55,675 nt of DNA, from contig CAZZCK010000003.1 of NCBI GenBank assembly GCA_964652475.1, forward strand, positions 3,503 to 59,177. Reading direction: 5' to 3'. Origin of the DNA: an uncultured Azospirillum sp. Its GTDB lineage: Bacteria > Pseudomonadota > Alphaproteobacteria > Rickettsiales > UBA3002. The translations under genes and the position numbers were made by a program. The notes beneath the pieces were generated by a model. The model saw only the letters and a program-made list of their open reading frames with translations. It made no database searches and was not told the origin of the DNA. Shown piece after piece: positions 9,674-18,699 of this stretch; within the stretch, counting starts at the first letter, position 1, and every line of letters begins with the position of its first letter.

Positions 9674-10428
9674 GTCATGCATTGTTTGTTGCACGGGTGA
9701 GCCATGCTCGCGTAAGGCCAAAAAAAAACGCGTTCAGCTACCATGTCTATTACCTGTGCCTGCCGCTTGCGGCGCTTGAATGGCTAAAAAAACTGCACCT
9801 CTTATCGCTCGAGCGCATGAATCTGTTCAGCCTCAAAGCGCGTGACCACGGGATTGCCGCGGGCGAATGGCGCAACTGGATTCGTGATCTGTTGGCCACC
9901 TGGAACATCACCCATGCCGATGGTGACGTGGTGCTGATGACCATGCCACGGGTGCTGGGTTATGCCTTTAACCCGGTCAGTTTCTGGTTTTGTTTGAGCA
10001 AAAATGGCGAACTCGCCTGCGTCGTTTCCGAGGTGCATAACACCTTTGGCGAGCGGCATTGCTATCTCTCCTACCATGCGGATGGGCGCATGATCGGTGC
10101 CGATGACTGGCTGACCTCGAACAAGGTATTCCATGTCTCGCCGTTTATTCCGATCGAGGGGCATTACGAGTTTCGCTTCGCGTATGGTGAGGAAAAAATC
10201 GGCATCTGGATCAACCATCACGATGCCGATGGTTTGCTGCTCACCACCGCGATGACGGGCAAACGCCAGTCACTCACCGACCGCGCGCTGATCTATCACT
10301 TTATCCGTTATCCACTGGTGACGCTAAAAGTGATTGGCTTAATCCATTTTCAGGCGATAAAACTGCTCCGTAAGGGCATTGTCTACCACCGCAAACCGGC
10401 TCCACCCACTACCGAGGTTACAAGATGA
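9664..10428 (+). CDS. DUF1365-family protein
   Basis: SHALFVARVSHARVRPKKNAFSYHVYYLCLPL matches the typical DUF1365 N-terminus. Start placed at GTG 9664, overlapping the upstream stop. The 9568 start in the ORF track runs inside the previous gene. Confidence 0.75.
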   Translation: MGLSHALFVARVSHARVRPKKNAFSYHVYYLCLPLAALEWLKKLHLLSLERMNLFSLKARDHGIAAGEWRNWIRDLLATWNITHADGDVVLMTMPRVLGYAFNPVSFWFCLSKNGELACVVSEVHNTFGERHCYLSYHADGRMIGADDWLTSNKVFHVSPFIPIEGHYEFRFAYGEEKIGIWINHHDADGLLLTTAMTGKRQSLTDRALIYHFIRYPLVTLKVIGLIHFQAIKLLRKGIVYHRKPAPPTTEVTR

Positions 10429-11591
10429 GTTTTCTACCGACCAACTTTATCAAAAACCGGCTGATGAAAGGCTTTGCGAGTATCGAATTCGGTACGCTCC
10501 ACTTTACCACGCCCGAGGGTGAAACCCATACGTACCAAGGTGCGCAAGCCGGGCCCGAGGCAACCTTTGTGCTCCATCACTGGGGGGTGGTCAAAAGCCT
10601 CATCACCCGCGGCGATATTGGCCTCGGCGAAGAATATATCGATAAGCGCTGGGAGACCGATAATATCGAGCACCTTGTCGCGCTGTTTTTGCTGAACATG
10701 GAGCAGCTCGAGCATTTCGCGCATGGCAACTGGTTTAACCGCCGCATCTTTGCGATCTATAACTACATCGTGCGCCGCAATAGCCGCAAAGGCAGCCGCA
10801 GCAACATCAAAGCCCATTACGATGTGGGCAATGATTTTTACCAGCTCTGGCTCGATGAGACCATGACCTATTCCTCGGCGCTGTATGACGGTGCGGCGGA
10901 TCTGGCCACCGCCCAGCGCAATAAATACCGCCGCATTTTGGGTAAGCTCGATACCACGAAGGCCGATATTCTCGAGATTGGCTGCGGCTGGGGTGGCTTT
11001 GCCGAAGAGGCCGCAAACGCCGGTCACCACACCACCGGCATCACCGTTTCGCCGTCGCAGCATGCCTTTGCCAAGGCCCGCGTTGGTAAGGGTGCCGACA
11101 TTAAACTCCAAGATTACCGCGATACCAAGGGCGCCTTCGACATGATCGTCTCGATCGAGATGTTCGAGGCCGTCGGTCAGCGCTATTGGCCGGATTATTT
11201 TAATGCCATCCGCAAAAACCTTAAACATGGCGGCCGCGCCGTGATCCAGACCATCACCGTGCGCGACGAGAATTTCGAAGACTACCGCAAATGCAGCGAC
11301 TTCATCCGCCATTACGTCTTTCCGGGCGGCATGCTGCCCTCGATTGCTACCTTCCGCGCCGAAGCGGCCAAGGCCGGGCTCGTTGTGCGCGAGGTTTATC
11401 AGTTCGGTCAGGATTATGCCCGCACGCTGCGCGAGTGGCTCCATCGGTTTGATGCCAAGCGCGAGGCGATTTTAGGCATGGGTTATAGCGAGGAATTCAT
11501 CCGTAACTGGCGCTTCTACCTTGCCATTTGCGCCTCGGCCTTTTCGATTGGTCGCACCAACGTGGTGCAGATCGAACTCGCCCACGCGTAA
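10425..11591 (+). CDS. Cyclopropane-fatty-acyl-phospholipid-synthase-like SAM-dependent methyltransferase
   Basis: CMAS-family sequence with SAM motif ILEIGCGWGG. 4-nt overlap with the DUF1365 gene. Confidence 0.9.
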   Translation: MSFLPTNFIKNRLMKGFASIEFGTLHFTTPEGETHTYQGAQAGPEATFVLHHWGVVKSLITRGDIGLGEEYIDKRWETDNIEHLVALFLLNMEQLEHFAHGNWFNRRIFAIYNYIVRRNSRKGSRSNIKAHYDVGNDFYQLWLDETMTYSSALYDGAADLATAQRNKYRRILGKLDTTKADILEIGCGWGGFAEEAANAGHHTTGITVSPSQHAFAKARVGKGADIKLQDYRDTKGAFDMIVSIEMFEAVGQRYWPDYFNAIRKNLKHGGRAVIQTITVRDENFEDYRKCSDFIRHYVFPGGMLPSIATFRAEAAKAGLVVREVYQFGQDYARTLREWLHRFDAKREAILGMGYSEEFIRNWRFYLAICASAFSIGRTNVVQIELAHA

Positions 11592-11743
11592 GCTAGCGGG
11601 TTGGGTCTGCGCGTTCATCGCCCAGCTGTATCGCGAATGCTGCACGCATCAGGCCCGCATTGCGCAGTTCTTCACAGCGCTCGAAAAATCCTTGCGTGAG
11701 GGGGGATGGGTAGCGTAACGTATTGCTTATTCATGGAGCATGC

Positions 11744-12340
11744 ATGGCCGAGCCCGCGAAAGAAGCCGACCAGTCGATGGAGGACATCCTCCAATCGATC
11801 AAGCGCATCATCGCCGATGAGGGCGAGCCCGCGCCCGTGATTCCAGGGTCCGACGTGCTCGAGCTGACCGAACTGCTGGCCGAGGATGCCGCCGTGCCCG
11901 TGGTTGCTGCCGAGCCTGAAAAAGCCGGGCAGGACGCGATCGACGCCCTGTTTGCCGAGCCAACACCACCACCCGCACCCGTGGTTGAAACACCCAGCGC
12001 GCAGGATAATATCGACGCGTTGTTTGCCGCACCCGCCACGCCGGAGCCGATCGCGGCTGAGCCTGAGCCGGTGAGGGCGGCGCCAACCCCGCCAGTATCG
12101 GAACCGCTGATGTCGGACACGACGCTTGCTGCATCCGTCGCCGCGCTGAACGCCCTCGCCCACCGGCCCGAGCCGACCCATACCGTGCTGCCCGGCGCTG
12201 CATTTCGCTCGGGCGCGACAGTGGAGGATCTAGTGCGCGAGTCGCTCAAGCCTATGCTCAAAGAATGGCTCGACGGTAATTTACCCGCCCTGGTGCAAAG
12301 CCTGGTCGAAAAAGAAATCCGCCGCTTGAGTGGGAATTAG
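11744..12340 (+). CDS. DUF2497 / PopZ-like pole-organising protein
   Basis: N-terminal MEDILQSIKRIIADE and C-terminal LVRESLKPMLKEWLDGNLPALVQSLVEKEIRRL flank a Pro/Ala/Glu-rich spacer. Start moved to ATG 11744. Confidence 0.75.
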   Translation: MAEPAKEADQSMEDILQSIKRIIADEGEPAPVIPGSDVLELTELLAEDAAVPVVAAEPEKAGQDAIDALFAEPTPPPAPVVETPSAQDNIDALFAAPATPEPIAAEPEPVRAAPTPPVSEPLMSDTTLAASVAALNALAHRPEPTHTVLPGAAFRSGATVEDLVRESLKPMLKEWLDGNLPALVQSLVEKEIRRLSGN

Positions 12341-12365
12341 GGGTTCGCTGAATTCCGTTTAGCGT

Positions 12366-12965
12366 TTATGTGCCCACTCCGGGCGGACCTTCGGCGCGTG
12401 GGGTAGAACGTCCGATGGGGTTATGCTTGGCTCGAAAGCTGCCATCAGGCCTATTGCTTCCTACAACACCGGTTTTCCCAACGCCGCCACGCACGATACC
12501 ATCTTGGCCTAACTTGCTGCTGAGTGATAGGATTGCGTTTACGTCAAAACGTGAAGCGCCATTGACATTAACCGAATTTGAAAGGCCGAAGTTATCTTGC
12601 AGTGCCGTAACAAGATCGCTATCGATTGTCTGAAAGCCAATAAGATGTGGTTTCTGATCAAGTGAGAAAAGTGGAAATATCTTGCCAGATGCCTTGGGCA
12701 GACCGCAAGTTTCTCCAAGTGCCCTATTCAGTAATTTCAGCTGATCTAGATCTGGTTTGCGGATGGGAGCATAGATACCAGGAATGTTATTCCCAAGATT
12801 AAGATGCACGATTGCTGACAGTGGTTGGGCAGTCGCTCTTGCATAAAGCAGTTTGTTTGACGCTTCTTCACTTATAGTCCCCCCCGTAGCTTTAACTAGC
12901 GCTCTAAGAGCCGTAAGCGACGGTGTGCCTTCTGGGGACGCATCAGAATCAGTAACTTCACCCAT
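12366..12965 (-). CDS. Hypothetical protein (ORFan, AT-richer than surroundings)
   Basis: 199-aa ORF with no motif I recognise. The only long ORF in a visibly lower-GC stretch. Confidence 0.5.
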   Translation of the reverse strand: MGEVTDSDASPEGTPSLTALRALVKATGGTISEEASNKLLYARATAQPLSAIVHLNLGNNIPGIYAPIRKPDLDQLKLLNRALGETCGLPKASGKIFPLFSLDQKPHLIGFQTIDSDLVTALQDNFGLSNSVNVNGASRFDVNAILSLSSKLGQDGIVRGGVGKTGVVGSNRPDGSFRAKHNPIGRSTPRAEGPPGVGT

Positions 12966-13130
12966 AATTTAAACCTTTCTTGAATTAGAACAGTTCACAA
13001 ACCTACCATAAATACGCCGCAACAGTATGAAGCTTTGATGACAATTCATGTCGGGTTGCCGCGGTAAGGCCTTCATATTAAGGAAAAGCGCCGGGAATGA
13101 CAAAAACCAGAGGGTTGCCGGTGTGTATGC

Positions 13131-13829
13131 CTAATACCCACGCAACTCGGTGCGGGCGGCAGCGAGTTCGGCCTTAAATTCGGGATGGTCGCGCATGACA
13201 TCATAGATGCTGGCGGCAAGGCGCTTGCCGGCGAGCACGTCGCTTGGGTAATGCACCCCACCATCGACCCGGTGCTGGCCGATGGCCATCGCCCGCGCGA
13301 AAAGGGCGGTGCGTTGCTGTGGGAATAGCTCGCTCAGCACATGTGCCCAGATATGGTTGGTGGTACTATGGCCGCTGGGGTAGCTCGGGCGGGTGATGGG
13401 CTTGACCAAGAGCGTCACCCGATCGTCCGTCAGCCAGGGGCGGGTGCGGCCCCAATAATCCTGCGTCGCATCGCCGATGCGCCAGGCGTCCGACGCGCTA
13501 TGGCGCAGCAGGGTAAACAGCGCCGGGTGGGTCGCTTCGCTGTAATGATCGCCAAGTACGGGGGTGATCATCATCGACGGAGTGATATGGTCCTCGGCCA
13601 TGATGCGCGTTTTATCGGCATCGCTCAGCTGTGCCTGACGGGCGAGAATATTGGCGATTTCCTTTTTCTGCGCCAGCGAGCCATCCGCGATCGGCTCGCC
13701 CAATGCGCAAGGGCATATTTCCTCAACGCTTACGAACTGGGGCGGGTAGGGGTATTTGTCGGTGACGCTAGCACAGCTGCCCAGCACCAGTAGCAGTGGC
13801 ACAAGGACGGCATGGCGGACGAAATGCAT
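13131..13829 (-). CDS. Class A (PAP2-family) acid phosphatase, lipoprotein
   Basis: PAP2 tripartite motif (GRTRPW ... YPSGHS ... HRVDGGVHYPSD). Lipobox LVLGSC. Confidence 0.9.
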   Translation of the reverse strand: MHFVRHAVLVPLLLVLGSCASVTDKYPYPPQFVSVEEICPCALGEPIADGSLAQKKEIANILARQAQLSDADKTRIMAEDHITPSMMITPVLGDHYSEATHPALFTLLRHSASDAWRIGDATQDYWGRTRPWLTDDRVTLLVKPITRPSYPSGHSTTNHIWAHVLSELFPQQRTALFARAMAIGQHRVDGGVHYPSDVLAGKRLAASIYDVMRDHPEFKAELAAARTELRGY

Positions 13830-13857
13830 CGAGAAACTCCGTTATTGAACGAGGACA

Positions 13858-14784
13858 CTACGCGTTGATGCTGGCCATTTCCGAACGGCGCAGGTTCATG
13901 TAAACCAGAATCGTCGAGGAGACATAAATCGAGGAATAGGTGCCGACAATCACGCCAAAAATCATCGCCGCTGAGAAACCAAACAGCACATCGCCACCAA
14001 AGATCACAAGCCCGGTGAGAGCGGCCAGCACCGTGCCGCCGGTGAGGAAGGTGCGCGCCAGCGTTTCGTTACAGGCCAGGTTGATGACCTCGGGGATGGG
14101 CTTGACCTTGAACTTGCGCAAATCCTCGCGCACGCGGTCATAGATCACGACGGAATCGTTGATCGAATAGCCGATCACGGTGAGCAGGGCCGCCACCGAC
14201 GTGAGGTTGAACTCGATTTGGGTGACGGAATAAAAACCGACAACGAGAATCGCATCGTGCAGCAGGGCCAAAATACCGCCGACCCCATATTGCCATTCGA
14301 AGCGAAACCACAAATAAAGCGCCATGGCGAGCATGGCAAAGGTGAGGGCCATGAAGCTGCCGCGAATCAGTTCGCCGCCCACTTGCGGGCCAACATAATC
14401 GGTGCGTAAATAATCAATCGGCGCGCCGTAGCCCGCATCAAGCGTGGCGCGCACGGCTTGCGCCACTTCGTTTTGCTTAGCGTCACCCTCGGGCTTCAGG
14501 CGAATCATCACCTCGCGCCCATCCGTGCCGACGGATTGCAGGCTTGCGTTTTTGTTGGTCGATGCATCAAGCAGCGCGCGCATTTTGCTGATATCGGCCA
14601 CCTGTTCGGTGCGCACTTCCATCACCACACCACCGGAAAAATCGATGCCGAAATTAAGGCCGTTTACCATGAGCGAGATAGCGGTTGCGATGATGCCGAT
14701 GATGGTAATGGCAAAGCCCACCTTGCGGTAGCCGACAAAATCGAACTGCGGCACGGTACGAAACATTTGAAAGGGAAAGCGCAT
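13858..14784 (-). CDS. secF: Protein translocase subunit SecF
   Basis: 308 aa with typical SecF sequence and six-TM layout (GIDFSGG, INDSVVIYDRVRE). Confidence 0.92.
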   Translation of the reverse strand: MRFPFQMFRTVPQFDFVGYRKVGFAITIIGIIATAISLMVNGLNFGIDFSGGVVMEVRTEQVADISKMRALLDASTNKNASLQSVGTDGREVMIRLKPEGDAKQNEVAQAVRATLDAGYGAPIDYLRTDYVGPQVGGELIRGSFMALTFAMLAMALYLWFRFEWQYGVGGILALLHDAILVVGFYSVTQIEFNLTSVAALLTVIGYSINDSVVIYDRVREDLRKFKVKPIPEVINLACNETLARTFLTGGTVLAALTGLVIFGGDVLFGFSAAMIFGVIVGTYSSIYVSSTILVYMNLRRSEMASINA

Positions 14785-14793
14785 AGGAGGCCA

Positions 14794-14891
14794 GGGTTTA
14801 GGGGTTAGGGGGCAAGGTAGGGATTAGGGATTGGGGATTAGTAAAAATAGAGATTGGCGTGACTAAACCCTATCCCCTAACCCCTAAACCC
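14794..14891. repeat. Telomere-like G-tract heptamer repeats forming a long hairpin (perfect 18-bp inverted repeat)
   Basis: gggtttaggggttagggg (14794-14811) is the exact reverse complement of cccctaacccctaaaccc (14874-14891). The interior carries gggatta gggattg gggatta. The right arm abuts the transporter stop codon. Confidence 0.85.
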
Positions 14892-16144
14892 TAACTATAA
14901 TACACTTCTTTGTTATGGGTGCCTTCGGTCGCATCGACAATCAGCGTGATCGCGCAATCGCCGGTGATATTAATGGTTGTGCGCAGCATATCGAGCACAC
15001 GATCAACGCCGAGCAATAAGCCAATGCCCTCAATCGGCAAGCCGACCGAATGCAGCACCATGCCCATAAAAATAATCGAGCCAGAAGGGATGCCTGCCGC
15101 ACCGATCGAGCCCAGTGTGCAGGTGAGCAGTAGTACACCGTAATCGAGCATGGTGAGCTCGATGCCAAAGAATTGGGCAAAAAACAGGGCGCAGATGCCA
15201 AGGTAAATCGCCGTGCCATCCATGTTGATGCAAGCGCCCAGCGGTAACAAAAACTGGGTCGATTGCGCGCTCACGCCAAGCTTGGTTTCCGATTCCCGCA
15301 TCGCCGTAGTGAGGGTTGCTTTCGAGCTACTGGTCGAAAAGGCCATAAGCTGGGTCGCCACCAGCTTGCGGTAAAACACCAGCGGGTTGAGATGAGCGAT
15401 CACCCCGATCAGCACACCGAACAGCACGTATTGGAACGCGCAGGCCGCAATCACTGCGGCGCACAGCTTGGCCAGAATTTTGATGATTTCAACCCCCTGC
15501 GTGCCGACCGACCAGGCCATAAAGCCAAACACCGCCATGGGGGCGAGGCGCACAATATACTCGATCATTTTGAAAACAATCTGGCCGAAATCAAAAATCA
15601 CCTGACGGGGGCGGGCGGCTTTTTCGCCCATCATGTTCATGGTGATGCCAAACAGCACCGAGAACACCACCACCTGCAGCAGGTTGGCTTCGGCGAACGA
15701 GGCAAAGACGTTGGTCGAAATCAGGTTGAGCAGGAAGTCTTTCACCGTCGGCGGTGGGGCCTCCGCCGCGGCGGGCAGGCCACTGGCAAATTCGTTGATG
15801 TTGACATGCAGTCCAAGCCCCGGCTCGAACAAGGTGCCAGCGGTCAGGCCGATGATGACCGCAAACACGGCCGTAAACAAATACGCGCCAACCCCTTTCA
15901 TGCCCACGCGCTTGAAGTTTGCGCCATCGCCCATGCTGGTCATGCCCGAAACGAGGGCGAGGAAAATCAGCGGCACCACCACCATTTTGATGAGGTTGAT
16001 GAAAATCGTGCCGAGGATTTTGAACCCCGCCGCATCTTCCTTCAGCACAAAGCCAGTGATAATGCCCAAAATCAGGCATAAAATCACCTGCTGCCACATT
16101 TTGAGGCCAAAAATCGTAAATTCTTTAACGTCTGCGCCAGCCAT
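14891..16144 (-). CDS. Dicarboxylate/amino-acid:cation symporter (DAACS / SDF family)
   Basis: 417 aa. SSSKATL and NMDGTA family motifs. Confidence 0.9.
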   Translation of the reverse strand: MAGADVKEFTIFGLKMWQQVILCLILGIITGFVLKEDAAGFKILGTIFINLIKMVVVPLIFLALVSGMTSMGDGANFKRVGMKGVGAYLFTAVFAVIIGLTAGTLFEPGLGLHVNINEFASGLPAAAEAPPPTVKDFLLNLISTNVFASFAEANLLQVVVFSVLFGITMNMMGEKAARPRQVIFDFGQIVFKMIEYIVRLAPMAVFGFMAWSVGTQGVEIIKILAKLCAAVIAACAFQYVLFGVLIGVIAHLNPLVFYRKLVATQLMAFSTSSSKATLTTAMRESETKLGVSAQSTQFLLPLGACINMDGTAIYLGICALFFAQFFGIELTMLDYGVLLLTCTLGSIGAAGIPSGSIIFMGMVLHSVGLPIEGIGLLLGVDRVLDMLRTTINITGDCAITLIVDATEGTHNKEVYYS

Positions 16145-16258
16145 GGAATTTACCTCATGCGTTACCCGCTAGGGGCTAAAACGGCCGCCACCCTAGCAGC
16201 GCCCACGCGCTTTGCTAGCAATTTTTATAGGTGGGTGTGCAGTGCAGCATTTGAGCTT

Positions 16259-16522
16259 TTAGCGTTTGCTCTTCTGGGCAATATACTCGCGCAAGGCGGC
16301 ATTGATCGCGGTCTGGTATTTCGGCGAGTTGGCCTTGAACCAGGCGAGAATATCGGCATCAAAGCGGATGGTCGCCGATTGTTTGATGGGGCGATAGAAC
16401 ATGCCCTGTACGGCTCCATCCCAGTTCAGCCGTTCAGGAATATCCTCGAGGTTGATGTCCTCGTCGGTCATGGCCTTGAGACGAGCGATGCGTGACTTTT
16501 TTTCAGCGTTTGCGTTTTTCAT
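16259..16522 (-). CDS. brnA: BrnA-family antitoxin
   Basis: DEDINLEDIPERLNW...FYRPIKQSATIRFDADILAWFKANSPKYQTAINAALREY matches the BrnA pattern. Start set at MKNANAEKK (16522), a 20-nt overlap with brnT. Confidence 0.85.
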   Translation of the reverse strand: MKNANAEKKSRIARLKAMTDEDINLEDIPERLNWDGAVQGMFYRPIKQSATIRFDADILAWFKANSPKYQTAINAALREYIAQKSKR

Positions 16523-16790
16523 AAATTCTCCGTTCCTGTTTGGTTGCCCGGCGCGCCGAGATAATGCGTACCACTTCCTCATTATCATCGGTGACATGCG
16601 TATGCACGACTAGCAGCAACACAATGGCCTTGGTCATTCCCAGTGCTTGTAGCCGTTCTTCCTGTGTACAGCGCTCATCAATCGTCGATAGGTAGAACGG
16701 ATCACAGAATACCTCGCGCGCCATGGCAAAATCGACATCATGCTTAGCGATGTTGGATTGATTCTTGCGCTCGTCCCACTCAAATTTCAC
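16503..16790 (-). CDS. brnT: BrnT-family (DUF497) ribonuclease toxin
   Basis: MKFEWDERKNQSNIAKHDVDF...RIISARRATKQERRIYE is typical of BrnT/DUF497. Confidence 0.88.
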   Translation of the reverse strand: MKFEWDERKNQSNIAKHDVDFAMAREVFCDPFYLSTIDERCTQEERLQALGMTKAIVLLLVVHTHVTDDNEEVVRIISARRATKQERRIYEKRKR

Positions 16791-16803
16791 GACACCTCGC
16801 CAG

Positions 16804-16837
16804 TAATTACAATAATGTAACTACAAATTTGTAATTA
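16804..16837. promoter_or_regulatory. Inverted repeat TAATTACAA-N16-TTGTAATTA just upstream of brnT: candidate autoregulatory operator/promoter
   Basis: Read directly in the AT-rich leader 14-47 nt upstream of the brnT ATG. Type II TA operons are usually autorepressed at such palindromes. Confidence 0.45.
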
Positions 16838-17010
16838 TGTCAAGTGATGCATGAGAGATTGGGGGTATCGATCAGGCTTATTTCCTCATTTTTCTTAAAA
16901 AACCCGCCAGATTCATCAAATTTTAAGCATTTATTAATGGAAAATTAACGGGGGGGTACTCTGCAGAGACTACTAATCTGGCAATTAACCCTAAAAAATG
17001 GAGAATTTTT

Positions 17011-17319
17011 ATGACAAAGCCTAGAAATCCACAGGACAATGCACAGGCCGAGGCGGATAGGCTTATTCGTGGTATGGATGCTGCTGACGGCACACTTGAT
17101 CGCAAAATTCATAAAAAGTCCGCACTTAAATTTATTAGCGACGAAACAGACAGTATTTTAGACAACTACCTAGATAAAGGTGACGTAAAAGATGTGGGTA
17201 AGGTCGTAGACAGCCTCAAGGTAGCTGCGGCCCTACAAACGTGGTTGGAAGATCCTAAAACTCCGAACGTTGTGGAAACGAAAAATGCACCCAGAAATGC
17301 ACCCAGGACTATACGTTAA
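17011..17319 (+). CDS. Hypothetical small protein (102 aa, charged, no TM)
   Basis: GGAGA lies 8 nt upstream of the ATG. AT-rich islet. No family recognised. Confidence 0.5.
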   Translation: MTKPRNPQDNAQAEADRLIRGMDAADGTLDRKIHKKSALKFISDETDSILDNYLDKGDVKDVGKVVDSLKVAAALQTWLEDPKTPNVVETKNAPRNAPRTIR

Positions 17320-17370
17320 TAAACCCAAACGAAACGTATAGTCGAAATCTTACAATTTTGTCATTCCTAC

Positions 17371-17418
17371 GAAGGCGAGAATCGCTTTTATTTCTTGAAG
17401 TGGATTCCCGCCTTTTTC
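17371..17418. terminator. Hairpin plus T-run between convergent genes (gaaggcgagaatc ... ggattcccgcctt tttt)
   Basis: 13-nt arms with one mismatch (17371-17383 / 17402-17414), followed by TTTTT on the plus strand. It ends just before the stop of the minus-strand DHS-like gene. Confidence 0.5.
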
Positions 17419-18513
17419 TTACGCAAACATCTTCGCGAATTCGCGCTTGGCGCGGTTCTTCCAATGGCCACGGTGATAGGCGTCCGAGCACATCAGTGGC
17501 ATGACGGAACCTGCCTCGGCGAACACCATTTGCTCAAGCGCAGTATCGACCTTGCCCCAGCTGCAGGCTTCTTTCAGGGTGCTGCTGCTGCATGCGCCGT
17601 CGCGCACATCGGCGATCGTCACCTGCACGGCATATTTATGCATCGCCACATCGTCATGGCCGAGGATTTCGGCACAGACCACGGTGTCTTGGGTGAAGTT
17701 CTTCGGCACGCCGCCACCGACCATGAGCAGGCCCGTGGTGCCGGCTTTGATTTTAATGTCCGTCAGTTCGCGGAAATCGGCGATGGCATCGAGCATCATG
17801 TGCTTTTTGGGGTTATCGACCTGGTGCTTCACGAGGCCAAACCCGGCCGAGGAATCGACGAACGCAGGGCAGAAAATCGGCACGTTATGCTCGTAGGCGA
17901 GCTGCACGAGGGAATCTTTTTTCTTGGCGTTGCCGTTGGCCAGCCACTTGCCCATCTCGCGGATGAACTCGCGGCTGCTGTAACCGCGTGGCTCAAGCGA
18001 GTTGGCGATCTCAAGAATCGTATGGTCGCAGGCTTGCAGCTCTTCTTCATCGATATACGTGTCGTAGATACGGTCGATATAGAGGTCGCGCAGGTATTTG
18101 TCGTCCTGCCCTGAAGCCGAACCTTGGTAATGTTTGAAGCCCAGCGCTTCGAAGAAATCCATATCGACGATGCTGGCACCCGTGGCCACAATCGCATCCA
18201 CCATGTTGAAGCGGATGAGGTCAGCGTAGAGCTTCATGCAGCCGCCAGCCGAAGTGCTACCCGCGAGGGTGAGGATGACAGAGCAGTCTTTATCGGCCAG
18301 CATTTGGTTATAAATGCTCGTGGCGCGCGCAAGGTCGCGGCTGGTGAAGCTCATGTTGGTCATGCCGTCGATGATCGGGCGGGCATCGAAGCTGGTGAAA
18401 TCGATATGCTCAACGGTTTTGCCGAGCAGTTCAGCTTTGGCGTTCGATTTGCTTTTGGTTTTCGTGGCAGCGGTCATGCGGTTCTCCAAATCAATAAACG
18501 AGATTCTATTCAT
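17419..18513 (-). CDS. Deoxyhypusine synthase family protein (bacterial DHS-like)
   Basis: Family-typical LAGSTSAGGC...VATGASIVDMDFFEALG sequence. The start may instead be MTAATK at 18477. Confidence 0.85.
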   Translation of the reverse strand: MNRISFIDLENRMTAATKTKSKSNAKAELLGKTVEHIDFTSFDARPIIDGMTNMSFTSRDLARATSIYNQMLADKDCSVILTLAGSTSAGGCMKLYADLIRFNMVDAIVATGASIVDMDFFEALGFKHYQGSASGQDDKYLRDLYIDRIYDTYIDEEELQACDHTILEIANSLEPRGYSSREFIREMGKWLANGNAKKKDSLVQLAYEHNVPIFCPAFVDSSAGFGLVKHQVDNPKKHMMLDAIADFRELTDIKIKAGTTGLLMVGGGVPKNFTQDTVVCAEILGHDDVAMHKYAVQVTIADVRDGACSSSTLKEACSWGKVDTALEQMVFAEAGSVMPLMCSDAYHRGHWKNRAKREFAKMFA

Positions 18514-18699
18514 GCGATCATGGCGAGCGTTTAGCCAACCAATCCCACTTTGCCAAGCAAAGAAAATAGCGACGACGCATGGGTGCGCGCTATGACCGAA
18601 TCACGAGGCAGCGCTTGCCATGCGCGCGCGGCTTTGCTAGTTTGCCTAAAAAATAGGCAGCGCTTGGGGTGCTGCCATGTAAAGAAAAGCGAGGCAGCG

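Noticed and set aside
11731-12261. Multiple overlapping ORFs on both strands across the PopZ-like gene (11672-12181, 11731-12261, 11808-12203, 11886-12074).
   Set aside because: They arise from the GC-rich Pro/Ala/Glu-coding spacer. Only the plus-strand frame has the conserved DUF2497 N- and C-terminal blocks.
14794-14891. TTAGGG-like repeats as a genuine telomere or chromosome end.
   Set aside because: The repeats are internal, short, arranged as an inverted pair between two ordinary genes, and flanked by continuous coding sequence on both sides.
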